Assembly: GCF_001194135.2 (NCBI RefSeq)
Contig: NC_068993.1
Location: 55,117,745 to 55,172,434, forward strand
Direction of reading: 5' to 3'
Length of the DNA: 54,690 bases
Origin: Octopus bimaculoides
Taxonomy: Eukaryota
Part shown: piece by piece, positions 52,040 to 54,690 of the stretch
How positions within the stretch are numbered: the stretch's first letter is position 1
Layout of the letters: each line of letters begins with the position of its first letter
Notes under the pieces: generated by a model
What the model saw: only the letters and a program-made list of their open reading frames with translations
The model's database searches: none
Told to the model about the DNA's origin: nothing
Made by a program: the position numbers and the translations under genes

Positions 52040-52700
52040 ATATATAATGATGAAGGAAATTGTTGTATACAATGCTCAGGTGCACTACAACTAAAAAGAA
52101 AAAAAAATGGCTATCAGGTGTACTGTTGGCGGATTTCAGGACGCATGGAAGTTTTGAAGGATATAGTGTCTCAACAGCTAACAACTGATACGGGTGGTTT
52201 ATTCCATGCTTCAGCAATTCTGAGCATGAAAAAGTGTTTCTGAAAGTCATGGGTGCTGTGTTACTTTTTGATTTTACAAGCATGTCCGCAAGTGTTTGTC
52301 ATATGGAATTCAAAAAGGTGCCTGTGGAAATATGGTGGATAATCTTGTGGGTGTCAATCAAGTCAGTTGCCAGACGCCTGAGCTTCAATGTATCCCTGCC
52401 CAGAGAAGCAAGACGTTCAGATTCAAAGTATGGTAGATGTATTCGCTTTATTGCACATTTCTGAACAGCTTCCAGGAGATTTATATGCTGAGCAAGATAG
52501 GGGTTCCAGACTGGTGATGCAAATTCCAAATGTGGACATACCATTGTTATATACAAGTTTAAATAGATAGCTGGAGAGTGGCTGACAAAGATCTTACAAA
52601 GTGATGCTAGCACCCACTCAGCCTTTTTGACAATCTTAGAGATGTGGTTTGTCCAATGCAGATCGTTGTTTACAATAATGCCCAGATTACATCCACTAGA
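52040..52700 (-). mobile_element. CR1-group LINE, 3' fragment (same family as 42690-43422)
   Basis: CPHLEFASPVWNPYL...LEAVQ...RRLATDLIDTHKII; shares 3' UTR agttgtagtgcacctgagca with the other copy. Confidence 0.82.
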
Positions 52701-53940
52701 AGACTTCTTGAGATTGGTGTTGCTGAGGGAGTATGTAAAGGCTGAATTTTTCCTCCCATTTGACAGCCAGCCTTTACGTCCCTATGACTTAGTGGTTCAG
52801 CAAACGAGGCGGTTAGAATAAGTACAAGGCTTTAAAAAAAGTATCGGGATCGATTTGTTCGATAAAACCTTCAAGGTGTAAACGATAAAAGATGTGTGTA
52901 TTTGTGTGTGTGTAGAAGCGTAGTACACATCTGTGCAATGAGTGTGGAGATAAAATCTGACATAACTATTCTGGTGAGCAACAAATACTTGTAGTCATCA
53001 GTTACCTCCCTTTTATTGTCAGGCTGATCTATCAAAGAATTTTTCTTTTTTTACCTCGACTGAAATGCTACGAAGAACTTATATTGAAAATGGGAGGATG
53101 CTTAGGTGTTCATCAATTTTGCCACCTGTTCTAGACATATTTGCATGTTGTAAATAAAACTTAAAGATAAATGTGCTCCAGCATGGCCGCAGTCAAATGA
53201 CTGAAACAAGTAAAAGAGTAAATTTGAATTCTGAAAAATACGATAGAGTAATATTTTGTAATTATAGTTAACAGTCTCGTTACTGAATGCTAGGTTTTCA
53301 GAATCATTTTTTATTATATCTAATACCATATACGTAGATATCGTTTTCGATATATTTTTTGTCATAGGTAAGGGTGCTTCTACCTGATCGTAGACCTTTA
53401 TTACATGGATAGAGCATTAAGGTCCCCCACCACCATCACCACCATTTCTGTCGGAATCTGATGACTATTTTGTGAGTGAGTGGTAGTAAATGTATAATTC
53501 AGTAAGGTTAATAAATAAACCTATGAACACAATCCATCTCATCTTAGTTAATAGATCAGTTTCTAGTAAATCGATGTACATTGCCTTCTACATGTAAAGT
53601 AATTCCCTAAAGGAATTGAGCTTCTGGACATCTTGAAATGATCACGTAGTATGGAGAGCACTAAGTAGGTGGCAGTTCTGGTGAGGAAGAAGTATCTCAG
53701 GGAAAATGGTCACTTTCCTATTACTGCCAGTTAATTTGGGATTTTAGTTTATTTACCAAAGGATTAGTAAACTATTATATTCGTGAGACGGGTTGAATAG
53801 TTGATCGTCAAACTTTCGGTATAACTATAAACTACTTCATGGAGAAGAAAAAAGACAAAGAATTGGGTGATTGTTTCCTTCTGTGAAAGAATTTTGATAC
53901 CCAAAACATTTAATTTTTTACATTTTTGCCAACCATTTCC

Positions 53941-54170
53941 TTATTTCTTTATTGTCCACAAAGGGCTAAACATAGAGGGGACAAACAAGGACAGACAAAG
54001 GGATTAAGTCGATTACATTGACCCCAGTGCGTAACTGGTACTTAATTTATCGACCCCAAAAGGATGAAAGGCAAAGTCGACCTCGGCAGAATTTGAACTC
54101 AGAATGTAACGGCAGACGAAATACTGCTAAGCATTTCGCCTGGCGGGGTAACATTTCTGCCAGCTCACCA
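53941..54170 (-). mobile_element. SINE family C: tRNA-derived SINE with GCCTTTCATCCTTT.GGGGTCGATAAA core
   Basis: Minus strand head GAGCTGGCAGAA..GTTA... with B box GAGTTCAAATTC. Related copies at ~365-480, 2860-3035, 28140-28425, 28905-29130, 30930-31130 and 38960-39400. Confidence 0.78.
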
Positions 54171-54356
54171 ACCATTTCCATGTCATTTACCGGTAAAATT
54201 TTTACAGGTACTTTCCTCCATGAACTTGTGAGCTGTTCTGAAAATCTGCAGATCAACTATTACACCCGTCTCACAAGTGTAATAGTTTATATAGTAATCT
54301 TTTAGTACATTAAAATAATTGGCTGTCGATAATAAAAAAGTTGCAAAAAATGTTTT

Positions 54357-54690
54357 GGCTATAGCCTAGTCACCCGTATTACGAACCAGGTGATACACGA
54401 AGGAGTCATACCCAATGACTGGTGTAGCAGCATCATAGTCAACTGCTACAAAGGTAAAGGTGACGCTTTAGATACAAATAATTACAGAGGCATCAAGCTG
54501 TTAGATCAGGTTATGAAAGTTACAGAGAGGGTCATAGCCCAACTAATTAGGGAGCGAATCAATTTAGATGAGATGCAGTTTGGGTTCGTGCCAGGTAAAA
54601 GCACTACTGATGCCTTATTTCTAGTGAGACAGTTGCAGGAGAAATACCTAGCTAAGGATAAACCTCTGTACCTGGCTTTCGTTGACATGG
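54357..54690 (+). mobile_element. RTE-clade LINE reverse transcriptase, 5'-truncated, continuing beyond the window
   Basis: Stop-free frame GYSLVTRITNQVIHEGVIPNDWCSSIIVNCYKGKGDALDTNNYRGIKLL...QFGFVPGKSTTDALF..RQLQEKY...KPLYLAFVDM. Confidence 0.88.

Noticed and set aside
53458-53500. CTGATGA as a second hammerhead core
   Set aside because: No stem II/GAAA arrangement follows it.

Overview
AT-rich eukaryotic genomic DNA, very dense in microsatellites and SINEs, with two large N gaps and three 10-N gaps. The repeat content looks like an Octopus/cephalopod assembly (inference). Three protein-coding genes are supported. (1) A single-coding-exon GT31 beta-1,3-galactosyltransferase-like gene on + (ATG 3785 to stop 5035). 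(2) A four-exon NXT1/NXT2 (p15, NTF2-related export protein) gene on -, assembled by hand from exons 49574-49597, 44088-44174, 17000-17144 and 7105-7262 (137 aa); the ORF track misses it entirely. (3) An intronless ankyrin-repeat/SOCS-box (ASB-like) ORF (33122-34615, -) nested on the SAME strand inside the ~27 kb second intron of NXT, with its own splice acceptor. The rest is tRNA-derived and other SINEs, TTAA-type MITEs, mariner/maT fossils, CR1-group and RTE LINE fragments, and a Penelope-like end with a minimal hammerhead ribozyme motif. The most interesting items are the nested NXT/ASB arrangement, the variant hammerhead, and the compact symmetrical NXT promoter.
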